From Antechinus flavipes (lineage: Eukaryota): DNA of 64,000 bases. The stretch spans positions 724,284,001 through 724,348,000 of the forward strand of contig NC_067398.1 of the NCBI RefSeq assembly GCF_016432865.1, read 5' to 3'. The position numbers were made by a program, and so were the translations under genes. A model generated the notes under the pieces. That model ran no database searches and was not told the DNA's origin. It was given only the letters and a program-made list of their open reading frames with translations. How positions within the stretch are numbered: the stretch's first letter is position 1; every line of letters begins with the position of its first letter. Shown piece after piece: positions 20,282 to 31,655 of the stretch.

Positions 20282-20454
20282 GAGACAAAATAACCCTGTG
20301 ATACGTAGCCACGCCATTGATACAAAATAGCCCCGTTGACACAAAGTAGCCCCAGATCCAATGGCACCATTGATACATAATAACCCCGTGATAGATAATA
20401 TCGCTTTGATACATAATAGCCCTATTGACATGCAATAACGCCACTGACATGTTA
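20282..20454. repeat. Degenerate 18-19-bp tandem array (consensus ~GAYACATAATAGCCCCATT), ~9-10 units
   Basis: Units visible by eye; homologous arrays at 34111-34198, 51770-51895 and 59232-59330. Confidence 0.8.
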
Positions 20455-20646
20455 CAGGGGTGCTCAAACTTTTTAAATAGGGGGCCAGGTCACTGTCCCT
20501 CGGACTGTTGGAGGGCCGCACTATAGTAAAAACAAAACCTTTGTTTTGTGGACCTTTAAATAAAGAAACTTCATAGCCCTGGGTGAGGGGGTTAACCGTC
20601 CTCAGCGGCCTCATCTGGCCCGCGGGCCGTAGTTTGAGGACTCCTG
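20455..20646. mobile_element. 192-bp hAT MITE, OC1/OposCharlie1-like
   Basis: 16-bp TIRs caggggtgctcaaact / agtttgaggactcctg (14/16 match); absent from the other three paralogs; no clean 8-bp TSD; family name is from recall. Confidence 0.8.
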
Positions 20647-23172
20647 CGAGGGGGTTTGTGGTCGAGCCCCTAAAGCTCCAGCCCTGACGGGACTCACGCA
20701 CTCTCGGAAGCGCGACCCTATTCTGCTCTAATGCGCGCCGACAGCCATCAAGTCCCCGCCCCCGCCAAGGCTGATTCACGGGATTAGGGGACAGAGGCGG
20801 ACAGAGAGTGACGCGGGTGCAAGACCCGAGCTGAGCCCGGCTCCCCTCCCCTCCCCCACTTTCCCTCCCGCCTCTCCAGGAAACCCCCCGGGCGCCGCTT
20901 CTGGCTCCGGACTTCAGGTTCAGCCTTTGCCCTCGCCAGCAAACCGCGGCCTCGGGCTTTCCCACACCGACCCTCACCGCGCATCTCAAACAAGCGTCAT
21001 CTTGCAATTACAGCGCCCCCCCGGGGTAGGAGGAGAATAGGTAGGTCCTGAGGCTCTCCCCATCCTGCAGTCGCATCCTTTCTGCTGCATTTCCTTTCAT
21101 TTGTTCTTCGGGGCCACTGCAGCCTCGGCAAGGGCGGCTCTTGAAGTCAGGAAAAGCAGCCCCTGACCCGGGAGCAGAGGGAATATTTCCAAAGCGCTGT
21201 TGGATCAGGGAAGTAACAGGGAGCCACGGGAGTGCACTAAAGAGTGGGGTGACCTAATTTTTATCCCAGAAGCTGGACTTTGAAGGTTTATCAAAAACGA
21301 GATTACAAGTGTCATTGATTACTATGTCATGTGATTTTCACCTCTTTCACTGATACAACATTTTATCTCTTACCCAGTTCTATGTGTTTTTGATAACTGT
21401 TGCTTTATAAGAGAGTTTTAGGTCTGGTACTGCGAGGCCACTGTCCTTTGTGTTTGTTCCCATTAATTCCCTTAATTTTTTGCCCCTTTGTTCTTCAAAA
21501 TGAATTTTGTTATTGTTTTTTTTCCCACAAGCCACTATTTTTTTTTTCAGTTTGATTGGCTAGCCATTGAACAAATAGACCAATTTAGGGAGAATTTTTG
21601 TTTTTATTATATTAGCTCGGCCTACCCATGAACATTGATATTTTTCCAGTTGTTTAGACCTCACCTTATTTGTGGGGGAAGTGATTTTTAATTGTTTTAT
21701 ATAATTTATATAATAACTGTTCGTGACATGTAAAAATTAGAAAATTTCTGATAGAGCTTTAAGACTGTAAATTGATTGTTATCACTTAAGTTCTTTCTTA
21801 AAGACATCTCCTGAGACATCTAATTACAATTTTTTTTTATTTCCTTCATACTTCCCAAACAACCTGATCAAATTCTTGACCCCACTCTCTTATGAGGCAG
21901 CTTCACGTTTCCAGTGCCCTTATTTGGAACTCATTAACTTCTAACCACCAAAACAAAACAAGACAAAAAATCCCCAACACCTGAATTTCTCCCTATCATT
22001 CTTCTTTCAGAAAAGTTTCTCAAACATTTTTCAACATTCTTACATTTCCCCCCGTAATTTCTGTGTGTGTAAATTTAGTAGAATATAAACTAACATTACA
22101 TAAAATAAATATGAGATGTTAATAAAAAATAACAATTCTGAGATCATTTGAAGAGGCAGAAATAATTTAAAGTCTGTGTAAAGTAGATCTCCACCTAAAA
22201 CAACCTTGGCGAAGTTTAGGAAGAACCCTACTTTCCAAGTTAGTGTGGGGGGGTTAATTTTAATTTTTTATTGTTTTCTTTTTCTGATTACACATGTATA
22301 TTCTTTTTAAAATACATATTTCTCTATGAATCATATTGGCAGATAAAAATTAGAACAAAAGGGAAAAACCGTGAGAGCGAGAAAAAGCAAAAGGAAAAGA
22401 AAAAAGTGAACATGGTTTGTCTTGATGTACATTCATTTTCCAGACTTCTCTCTCTGGATGCAGATGGTGTTTTCTATCCAAGCTTTACTGGATTGCCTTG
22501 GACCATGGAACTGCTGAGAAGAACCAAGTCTTTCAAAGCTGTTCATTGCACAATCTTGCTGTTACATTGTACGATGTACCCAGTACTACTTGTTTCATTC
22601 AACCTCAGTTCGTGTAAATCTTTCCAGACCTTTCTAAAATCATTTTTCATCATTTTTTATGAACAATAATGTTCCATTACTTTCACGTATTGATTGATCC
22701 ACTCACTTTCCAATTCTTTGCCACCACAAAAAGAGCTGCACAAACCCAGGTTAGTACTTTGACCTGATTGAAGTGCAAATACTTCTGGGGCAGAGGCTAA
22801 GGAAAGGACAAAAAATAGACCCTGGAGTTAGCTTTGTAGACTTCAGTACTAACCTCAGGAACGTTAGCCAAAAGTGTGGATTGGACAGACGACCAGGGAC
22901 AGAAGGCAGGACCCTCTAGTTGAACTCCTGGTCAAAGTGAGATGACACATCTGAGCCCTGATTGTGGTTGTGGGGGAGGAGGGGTGATGTCATTCCAGGT
23001 CAGAATTACATGAATATGGTCAAAGGGAAAGCTGCTGGTGGTGGTCACTCTCTGAATCCCTGATTTGGATTGCAAGGTAGAGGGGTGAGCTGAAGCTTGC
23101 AGCCTCAAGAGACTGGAGGGAGCAATAGCATTGGCAGTGGCTCATGGTTTGTAGCTCAGGAGGCGAGAGCAG

Positions 23173-23175
<3 letters not shown>

Positions 23176-23222
<47 letters not shown>

Positions 23223-23224
23223 AC
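23176..23224. repeat. (AC)n microsatellite
   Basis: Direct inspection; absent at the paralogous position ~42185. Confidence 0.95.
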
Positions 23225-23299
23225 TGAATTAGGCCTGAGATATCCCCAACACCTTGGGTCTAAAGGCCAACTTTAATACAAAGTCCACAAATAGGAAAC

Positions 23300-23300
<1 letters not shown>

Positions 23301-23330
<30 letters not shown>
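23301..23330. repeat. (CTG)10 microsatellite
   Basis: Direct inspection; shorter (CAG)n at paralog ~42090-42107. Confidence 0.9.
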
Positions 23331-23816
23331 AAATGATGAAAAGGAATAGTAAGAATCCACCCATAGATTACTTCAATGGTATGCAGAAGATCTGGATTCA
23401 AATTCAGAAGAAAATGGTGAAATTAAAATAGTTACTTTGATGCATTCTGAGAAGATGGCAGAGCTCCAGATTCTCCATGAACAGATAGGAAATTACCACA
23501 AAATGAATATAGAGAAGCAAAGATAAAGGGGTAAAGCAGTTGCCTTCCTAGGACAAAACAAGAGGACCCCAAAAAAGACCGGAATTCCCAAGGGCTGAGA
23601 CTTAGCCAGAATGAAGGATAGACACCTCTACACTGACTCCTTCACTGGTCTCCAAACACAACAAATCAAGCCCTGGGACAGCTTTGTCAGGAGGCAGACT
23701 AAGCCTCCAGAAATTCCCTCTCAACTTTCTCCTCACTCTAAGCTTCAAGGAAATTTCCCCTCAGAAACTTTTACTGTAGAATGCACAACCTGTGAAAAGC
23801 CAGAAATCAGACCAGC

Positions 23817-24334
23817 TGTTCTGGCTCTCACAGAGGCCATGAAAAGCGACAGAAAGACAAACAGACCCCGGCGTTCTTCCAAAGTGAAGTAGTGACAAAG
23901 AATAACATAGAGAGTTTTATTATCATTGATTGACCCTTAAAAGCCACAATATGGCTAAGGAAACACAAATGAAAAAAGAAAGTAGATAAACCAGTCAGTG
24001 TATGAAGGGATTAGGGGAAAGTTGGGTTCAAGGAGAAACTTTAGCATTCCCAGACAAACTGTCTCTCCTCCTATCTGGGCAGGGGGCTTATTATTCCTGT
24101 ACATTCTGTTCTCATAACATCTCAATACTCCCGAAGCTTCCCAGCCTCTGCTGGCCAATGAGCAGACTGAAGTGGGGATTTGTGCCGGGTCAGAATGACA
24201 TGAATTACTGCAAACTGAGTGCAGATTGAGCAGGCCAGAATGCCTGGGAAAGGACAGCTTGGAAGCAAGCTATGCACAGGCTAGGCAGGTGTGATTACAT
24301 CACCAAGGCAAGTATGATTACCTGGGAGGTCACA
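23817..24334 (-). mobile_element. 3' LTR of the ERV2
   Basis: PPT aaaaaattaaagggggaatt (24335-24354) followed immediately by TGTGACC; ends ...CCAGAACA; AATAAA in the distal part. Confidence 0.75.
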
Positions 24335-24369
24335 AATTCCCCCTTTAATTTTTTTTTTTTGCAAACATA

Positions 24370-25100
24370 TCCAGAATTAATAACCAGTGTTTGCTTACGA
24401 AGCTCACTATTACTTGACAGAACCAGGGCATCAGGCAGCAGAGTGTAAATATGAACTATAGGATGGCGACAAGAGGGCCAAGGAATGAGAACACAGATTG
24501 CCAAAATGACAGGGCTGGCTGGAATAACTTATGGATTTTATCAGCAATGTTCCTGGGGTCAGATTGATCTAAAGAAGCCTGATTCATATCCTCAATGATT
24601 TTTTCAAAGATTGCCATATTAACACCCATTTTAGAAGTTGGAACACATCAAACAAATGAGCTCTTAATTGATTCCAAGAATAATTCGATGCGTTAACTTT
24701 TACAGCAGTAACACATAAAGGATGAAATCTATAATCACATCTCAGTGTAAGCCATCGTTCTAAGTAATCTACATTATCTCCTAATGTATCTCTTATTTCA
24801 ATAATAATGATAACAATGATACCTTTTCTATTCTGGGACCCGCCCCCCAGTGGAAACAAATGGGGGTGGAGTGGGCTGACACACCAGTATAATTAAAATG
24901 TAACATGACATTCCAGTGGGAGGTATTAATACGTCCATAGTTCGGGTGGCTTCTGGAACTGCCATCCGTCCTAAGGGAACAGGTGAATCTTCCCAGTTCA
25001 CCGACGAAAACCACGAGGTTGCATCCCACAATGCCCAGCGGAGTTCCATGGATCCGTGTTCCGATGATAGAAGAACGAGGAGACCCAGCAAGACCTGCAT
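24370..25100 (-). pseudogene. env: ERV2 env remnant (internally deleted)
   Basis: Hydrophobic signal-like LLGLLVLLSS, WEDSPVP motif of beta-type SU, TM-like FWQSVFSFLGPLVAIL before the PPT. Confidence 0.6.
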
Positions 25101-25299
25101 GGTGCCTTCTCAGGCACTGCTTTGTTTTCCACAGACCAGAGCGTTCGCCAGGCTCCAGTTATCTCGTCTCCAGGATCCGTAATGAGAAGAACAGAAGCCT
25201 TCTCCCATCTTTCCACTGTGGTCGGAGGTGCCACAGCCCCGTGGTCAGATCTGTCCACCTGACTTATGAAGCTAACAGTGGGGGCAGGTCTCGATGACC

Positions 25300-27740
25300 G
25301 CTAGAGCCGTGGGGCGCCTGCGGAGGTGGGTGGAGAGACAATCTCTCTGCAGGAGAAATCTTGTTTGAGTCAAGAGTTTAAAAGTTCCCAGTGAGTAACA
25401 GCCAGCGAATCTTGCCGCTGGAGAAGGTGATCGCACAGGCCATTGACTCCCCCTTTCTGTTTGAGGAGACAGGCTTTGAAGTCTCCCAGGCGGTGCTGCT
25501 CAATAGCCTGACCCTGGGGTCTTTGTGAGGTGATGAATACGAAAGGAAGCACAAGAGGTAGTAAAAGCAGAGGCAACAAACGGGGCCGTCGTCTGTTTTA
25601 AGAGAAGCCAGGAACCCCCAAGGTTGGGAATGTGAGGATACAATGATTTGGACCTGTTCTCTGAGGAATGAGCTGAGGCACCTGGCAATGACCAATACGT
25701 ATCTATGGAAACGTGGACATAAGGAGGGCGACCAAACATTGAAACATGAGTAACACCAGTGAGCCCGGGATCATTAGGGAAACGAGCACGAGGGTTAAAA
25801 GGAGGAGGGGGGCCAACAAGCAGGACAGCTTTTCACTGTCTGTGGAGCTTGCTCTCTTAAGGGGAAAGGAGCGGGAAAGTGAAATGCGCATGTGCACGCT
25901 GAGCTTCTTGGAGAGTGCCTAGGAGTAGAGAGTCTGCAGGGGCATTGGCTTCAGCCTTTGGGCGAGGGAGATTTGTGTGAGAGCGAATAGGAACGATCTA
26001 GAAGGCTCAGGTCCCGGGGCGTTTAATACGCCTTTAATAAGCCTTTAAGGCTTGAAGGTCAGAAAACAATTGCAACACGGAGGCCAGCCGCCTCTGATCG
26101 CCTCACGGCATTACTGCACACAAACTTTCACAGATAGTCCAGAGAGGACCAGGGACAAGGTTTAACGCCTGAAGAATTGCAGAAAGTGCATTCGTTTGTG
26201 GAGACGTAAAAGGCGCGTTAAACACAAAAGATTGAGACAAATGGGGGGAAATAAGGGAGCTTTGTAGTTCTTTGTGGCATCCGTATTTGCGTGAGGAGCT
26301 TGTGACAAGGCCGGGAGCAATCCAAGGCCAGTAAGGAATAGTGGAGAGCACTGGAAGTTTAGAGCGAGATAATGGCACAAAGGGAATACCGTAGGCAAGA
26401 AGCACTCGCCATTGGGGTCCTGGGAAAGGAGAGCCTCCAATTGCTTGTTAGTATACATAGGAGCAACAGCATCTGGAAGTGAAGCGAAATAGGAAACAAC
26501 TCTCTTAATTGCTAATTCCTGCTGAAGAAGCATAAGTCAACATCACTTTGGTAGGTTGAAATGGAGGCAAAAAACATTGTAAAATAGAATCATTTTGGTG
26601 GAGTAATGCAGTAGGATACTCGGGTGGGGGAAGAAGAGACAGTAACTGGAAGGGCTGGATCATGACAATGAGACACTGAGTGAAGAATGTTTACAACTGG
26701 CTCCAAAGCAGCTTTAGCTGCTGGGAGAGAAAAGCTGGATCCCCGGGTGCAAATCATATAAAGGCTTTAATTAAGCTTTCGTTAAAGGCAATCTCGGCCA
26801 TAAGACTGGATATCGTCCAAGAACTTTTGAAAGTCATTAAGCACAATCAATCCGTCTGTTCTAATTTGTATCTTCTGAGGTGAAATGAATTCCGGGGACA
26901 CCTTGAAACCTAAATAGTTAACGATAGTAGTTTTCTGCATTTTGTCAGGAGCAACGTATAATTGTGGGGCTTCTGAGCCTCCGGCTGTGTGTTGTAGCAT
27001 GTCCTCAGCAGTTGAGGATGTTGGAGCAGCACCTAGAATACCATCCATATAATGGATTATTAGAGAACCTGGATATTTTGTCCTAATAGGCTTAATAACT
27101 TCTGCAACATACATTTGACATAGTGAGGTGCTATTTTTCATGCCCTGTGGCAGAACTGTCCATTGATAACTGTCCATTGATACCTTTCATAAGGAGCTGC
27201 GAGATTAGCAGTGGGAACAGAAAAAGCATATCTAAATCTGTCATTGGCATAAACAGGTATAGAATAAAAACAATCCTGAATATTTATGACCCACACTGGC
27301 CTGTGAAAGAATCATATTTGGAGATGTCTCCAAATTTTGTCTCTATTTGATTATTAATTTTCCTAAATTCTGTAAACATTCTCCACTTTCCTAATTTCTT
27401 TTTTTTTTAATCACAAATACTGGAGAGTTCCAAAGACTGTAGGAGATCTCAATATGTCCTTGTAACTGAATTTGCATTATGTCTCTCAAATATTGGATTT
27501 GTACTATGTCTCTTCCTAAATACTGGAGAGTTCCAAGGACTGTAGGAGATCTCAACATGCCTTGTAACTAAATTTGTATTATGTCTCTCAAATACTGGAT
27601 TTGTACTATGTCTCTGCCTAAATACTGGATTTGTACTATGTCTCTTCCTAAATACTGGATTTGTACTATGTCTCTGCCTAAATTCTAAATTTGTACTATG
27701 TCTCTCAAAGCCTTAGATCTCTCTTTAACGAGGGGCCACT
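25300..27740 (-). pseudogene. pol: ERV2 pol remnant (RT, RNase H, integrase) with stops and frameshifts
   Basis: ORF 26782..27177 YQWTVLPQGMKNSTSLCQMYV...IIHYMDGIL; WTEQWPL and NSPVFVIKKK at RT start; IN motifs in 25370..25739. Confidence 0.9.
27415..27706. repeat. Compound tandem repeat inside RT: two ~102-bp units then three ~30-bp units
   Basis: Units start at 27415, 27518, 27620, 27650 and 27680 (aaatactggatttgtactatgtctct[g/t]cct). Confidence 0.9.
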
Positions 27741-27799
27741 GCTCTGTCCATACCTGTTGATCAGTTTTCCATCTATTTGGGACAGGAGCAGGCTATGCT

Positions 27800-28330
27800 G
27801 TGGCCCTTACGAAAAATTCTCTGTGGTAAGGTGAATCCCTAGTTGGCTGAGTGAGTTCCTGCCCATAAATTTACTGGCAGGTGGTCAATAATATAAGATC
27901 TGATTTTTCTTGATTCCATTATATATTCAAGTTAAGGGCTGAGTAGTAACGTGAGGTGCTGCGGATGGCTCCGATTCCCAGAAAGCAGTATCAGCCGATT
28001 GAGACACGGTCATTCTGCCAGCCAAAGTAGATATGACAACACTGATTTGTCTGCACCCGTGTCTATAAGACCTTCAAACATTTAGTTGTCAACATAGGAC
28101 TAGAAGACTGAGCTATTACTATAGACCCATAAACAGGAGAAGGAGCTCCATCTAATCCTCCATTCTCAAATTTCTTAAAATTAAAAGGCTCTTTGGTATG
28201 GAAGAAAAGACCCTAGGCGAACACTTCCCCCTCATGAAAATACATTGCTCTGTTGGTAGGATGAATGATAGGATTAAAAAATTTCTTTAGGGCCCCAGAG
28301 GATGAGGTGAATAATGTAGCCTTTAAATGC
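27800..28330 (-). pseudogene. pro: ERV2 dUTPase C-terminus and protease remnant
   Basis: tttgaaggtcttatagacacgggtgcagac = FEGLIDTGAD; LPVNLW; RxGG motif upstream. Confidence 0.75.
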
Positions 28331-28559
28331 AACCTCTGGGCCTACAGTAATGCCCAGAGTGCATGGAGGAAAGCTGGGTTTTCTACTATGCTCATTTGGG
28401 AAGTAGAAAAAGATCTGATACAGGGCTGAAGCAGAGGCAAAATGTGGAACAGATGCCTCATGAACATAGCTTTACCTTGGCTATCTGTAAGCATGAAGGC
28501 TTTTGTGTCTGCCCTTCAGCCACTGCTGAGTATGAGCTGACTGAGGGAGAGAATCATCA

Positions 28560-29790
28560 TCCCCAAATTCTGTTACCAGGGCTGGAGGCAGGGCCCTCCT
28601 GGGGCTGGTTTCCCGACCTGCATTCTGAAGACCAGCAAAATCCCTTTTTACACTTGGAACTGTTATGCCACAATTCTCTTTAACTGTCCTGACTCAGTTT
28701 CCCTGTATGAGTTTCCCTTGTCTCAGTCTCCCTATTTCCCTTAGTTGTAAACCCCCTCTGATCCATTAAGACTGAGGACTATTTGCTCTAAGGTTATAAA
28801 TTGTTAGCAAGATGAACAAGAGAGTAGACCTCTTGACTCTTTTCTGTCCTCAAGAATTTACAATATCCCTCTAAAATATTCCAAGATATCTCACTGACAT
28901 CTTTATCTCTGTGTATTCAGACATCCTGTCTCTGGGTTTTTAGGCCTCCCCCATGCTGACAGAAGTTTTCCCAAGCTTCTTACCCCTTCCTTTGTTTAGA
29001 GAAAAGGTATTTAAGAAGTTGGGGGTCTTCCATTCATCGCTGGACGCTGGATTCTTTGAGATGACAGTCTCCTCCAGCCCTGGAACCAACATGGATTCCT
29101 TGGTCCCAGTATATCTTTCTTTATCTGTCTGACTGGATAATTTGAGACGAGAGTCTTGTCCAGTCAATTATACTCTCCCATTAATAAAATATTAAAAACT
29201 TTCTAATCTCTCTCCTGCCTCAGTTTCTCCGGCATTACATTTAGAAGTGGAAGGCTGGGATTTGTTCTGATCTTTGTCTTTACCTAGTGGACAAGCAGAA
29301 TGCAAGTGTCCTTCTCCAGTTGTTCTATTCACCGCTGCTCTGAGAGTAGCGAGAAAGTTACTGAAAGTCTCCCTAGTCCTTGTTTTATTCGTGTAAAAGA
29401 CTCATTTCCATCTTTTGCAGGTGGGATTTTTTGCCAAGCTCTTAAAACACAAATAGCAACTTGTTGATGTGCCTGCAGGTTATAATGCGATTGTCCGCCT
29501 GACCATATGGGCCTGTCCCTGCTGCCTGTTCCTGGGTGACATCATTGTTGTTGGTTTGATTTTTTATTGCCTGAAGTCTGCATTGCTCACCAAACTCTGT
29601 GGACCAAGCTAGAAAGTCCCCTGGGTCCGGGCAGATTCGAGCCAGAGTTCCAATCAGGTGGAGGCAAGACAAGCTGAACCTGCTCTAAAAGCTTCCTTAC
29701 ACAAGCAGGTGTGGGCCCACAGTCCTTGGAAGCAGCCTTTAACTCTAAGAATATCCACATAATCCCGTCCGGGCTGTCCCAACTCAAGTT
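28560..29790 (-). pseudogene. gag: ERV2 gag remnant (CA, NC) interrupted by a foreign LTR
   Basis: LELKAASKDCGPTPACVRKLLE, PPDW, AGTGPYG; second zinc knuckle at ~28600-28670. Confidence 0.8.
28685..29239 (+). mobile_element. Solo LTR nested in ERV2 gag, same family as 61213-61781
   Basis: TG...CA; shared termini ctcagtttccc and tctaatctct...gcctcagtttctcc[g/a]gcattaca; TSD not clearly resolved. Confidence 0.7.
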
Positions 29791-31099
29791 GGGATCTTGA
29801 GTTTCAATGACAGGGAAATTCTCAAAAAGGGAACCCCCGGACGTGAGCCTCCCCCTGGGTGGGTCTGTAAAAGTTTTTGCAGGGAGTGCTCTCTATGGCT
29901 GTTTTGACGGCAGCTGCTGATCTTGCCCTCAGGCAGAAGCGGAAGACTGTGGCTGTTGTCTCAGAAGGCTTAGGTAAGGACTATGATCCATCAAAGTCTG
30001 AACTGTAACTGTCTCGCTAAGGGAGCTTCTTTCTCAGGATCTGAGTTTCAGCAGAGAGGTGCTCTCTCCAGGATCATGTCCTTATCACTAACTGGCAGAG
30101 ATAAGGACATAGTGCTAACCTGGGAGCCATGGAGGTTCTAGAGCAAGGGAGTGACCTGGTCAGATCTATCCCTTAGAGATGTGTTTGGCAATTGTGTGGA
30201 AAATGTAGGGGAAGGAGGAGAGGCTGGATGTGGAAAGGCCAGTTAGTGGATTATCTTGGTATCTTAGGATCCTCGATTTCTGACAGGAAGGACCCCAAAA
30301 GCCATCTAGTTAAACTGCTTCCATTTCCACATGAAGACCCAGGATTCACCTGGGGTGCTGAAACAGCAGAGGTAGTGAGCATCAGAGAGGGATTTGAACC
30401 CAGAACTCCCCTTTGCCCCGCGGCATAGGACAGCTTATAAACGTCCAGGAGAGTTTGTTTCACCAGAATCACCAGGGTGGGGGTGGGGGTGGGGACAGTG
30501 AATGGAGAGCCCAGTCTCTGGGCAAGAGCTCCCTGGAGCTCCCAGGAGCAGCTTCTGTGGCCACCACAGACTTGCCCAGGAAGATGCTATGGGGGAAAAG
30601 ACGCAGCTCTGATTTGTTCCCGTGGGAGGAGAGAGAGCAAGGCCGGCCCAGGTACTGCCCTGTACCCCTCCTCACTTCCCCCCACCCTTGGCCTGGGTTC
30701 CTTCAAGGTCCACCTAAAACTGGGTGCTCCAGTAGTGGCTCTAGGAGAGCTGCTCAGCCTCAGACACTAACTAGCTGTGTGTCCCCGGGTAGTTCACTTT
30801 ACCATGTTTGCCTCAGTATTCTCATCTATAAAATGAGCTTGAGGAAGAACCGGCGCTCTATCCACCACCCTACCTGGCCCTCCTAGAATTTCCTGTGAGT
30901 ACATAAGGAGGAAAGAGCAGGGCGGGCTGCTGCACACAGAGAAACCCAGTGGCCTTCGTCCCTCATCTTCTCAAGCTGCTGGTCCTTCCTCACTCAGCTG
31001 AGGAAGAAGCAAAATGTTAGGGCTCCATAGTCCATGCTTGGGAGAAAACCACAAAATGATACCACTAGGAGGGTCTTAGGATGGGGAATGCCACAGCTA

Positions 31100-31655
31100 G
31101 AAGGGGCCTGAGAACAGGGAATGTCAGAGCTGGGGGGGTTCTTAGAACAGGGAATGTCAGAGCTGGGAGGGTTCTTAGAACAAGGAATGTCAGGTGGGAG
31201 GACTCTTAGAACAGGGAATGTCAGAGGTGGGAGGGTTCTTAGAAAAGGGAATATTAGAGGTAGGAGAGCTCTTAGAACAGGGAATGTCAGAGCTGGGAGG
31301 GTTCTTAGAACAAGGAATGTCAGGTGGGAGGTTCTTAGAACAAGGAATGTCAGGTGGGAGGACTCTTAGAAAAGGGAATATCAGAAGTAGGAGAGCTCTT
31401 AGAACAGGAATGTCAGAGGTGAGAGGGTTTTTAGAACAGGGAATGTCAGAGATGGGAGGGTTCTTAGAACAGTAAATGTCAGAAGTGGAGGGTTCTTAGA
31501 ACAGGGAATGTCAGAGGTGGAGGGTTCTTAGAACAGGGAATGCCAGGTGGGAGGTTCTTAGAACAGTACATAGCTGAGCTGGGAGAGATCTTAAAACAGG
31601 GAATGTCAGAGCTGGGAAGATTCTTAGAACAGGGAATGTCAGAGGTGGGAGGGGT
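31100..31655 (+). repeat. Minisatellite, 17 units of 30-33 bp (ttcttagaacagggaatgtcagagctgggaggg), probably derived from a MIR end
   Basis: Units counted directly; MIR core ggcaaactgaggccc follows at ~31728; 2-unit relic at ~58560-58620. Confidence 0.92.

Larger units (their letters stand above)
19740..21250 (-). promoter_or_regulatory. G1 CpG-island promoter and non-coding exon 1 (donor after 19740)
   Basis: High CpG; CCAAT boxes 19875-19879 (-) and 20002-20006 (+); GC boxes; GGAAGT (ETS-type) at 19831-19836; aag|GTGAG donor conserved in all four paralogs. Confidence 0.75.
23817..30080 (-). mobile_element. Defective betaretrovirus-like (ERV2) provirus: gag-dUTPase/pro-pol-env-3' LTR, 5' LTR missing
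   Basis: Decayed CA (LARICPDPGDFLAWSTEF), NC knuckle (KCKKGFCWSSECRS), dUTPase end (RMGGLDG), protease (EGLIDTGAD), RT (LPQGMKNS, YMDG), RNase H/IN (YVHVSIDTY, PQGQAIE), env, PPT and LTR in the expected order. Upper boundary approximate. Confidence 0.9.

Noticed and set aside
20282-20454. CRISPR-like appearance of the short repeats (also 27415-27706 and 31100-31655)
   Set aside because: Vertebrate context, degenerate head-to-tail units with no unique spacers, no cas genes
19518-21007. Long ORFs 19518..20213 (231 aa) and 20108..21007 (299 aa)
   Set aside because: GC-rich promoter artefacts; they run through a MITE and a tandem array, and frames are not conserved in the paralogs
23440-23810. 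L1 5' UTR-like segment (aagatggc)
   Set aside because: Similarity too weak to call without a consensus alignment
31111-31640. Steroid-receptor (GRE/ARE) elements from repeated AGAACA
   Set aside because: The second half-site TGTTCT at 3-nt spacing is absent
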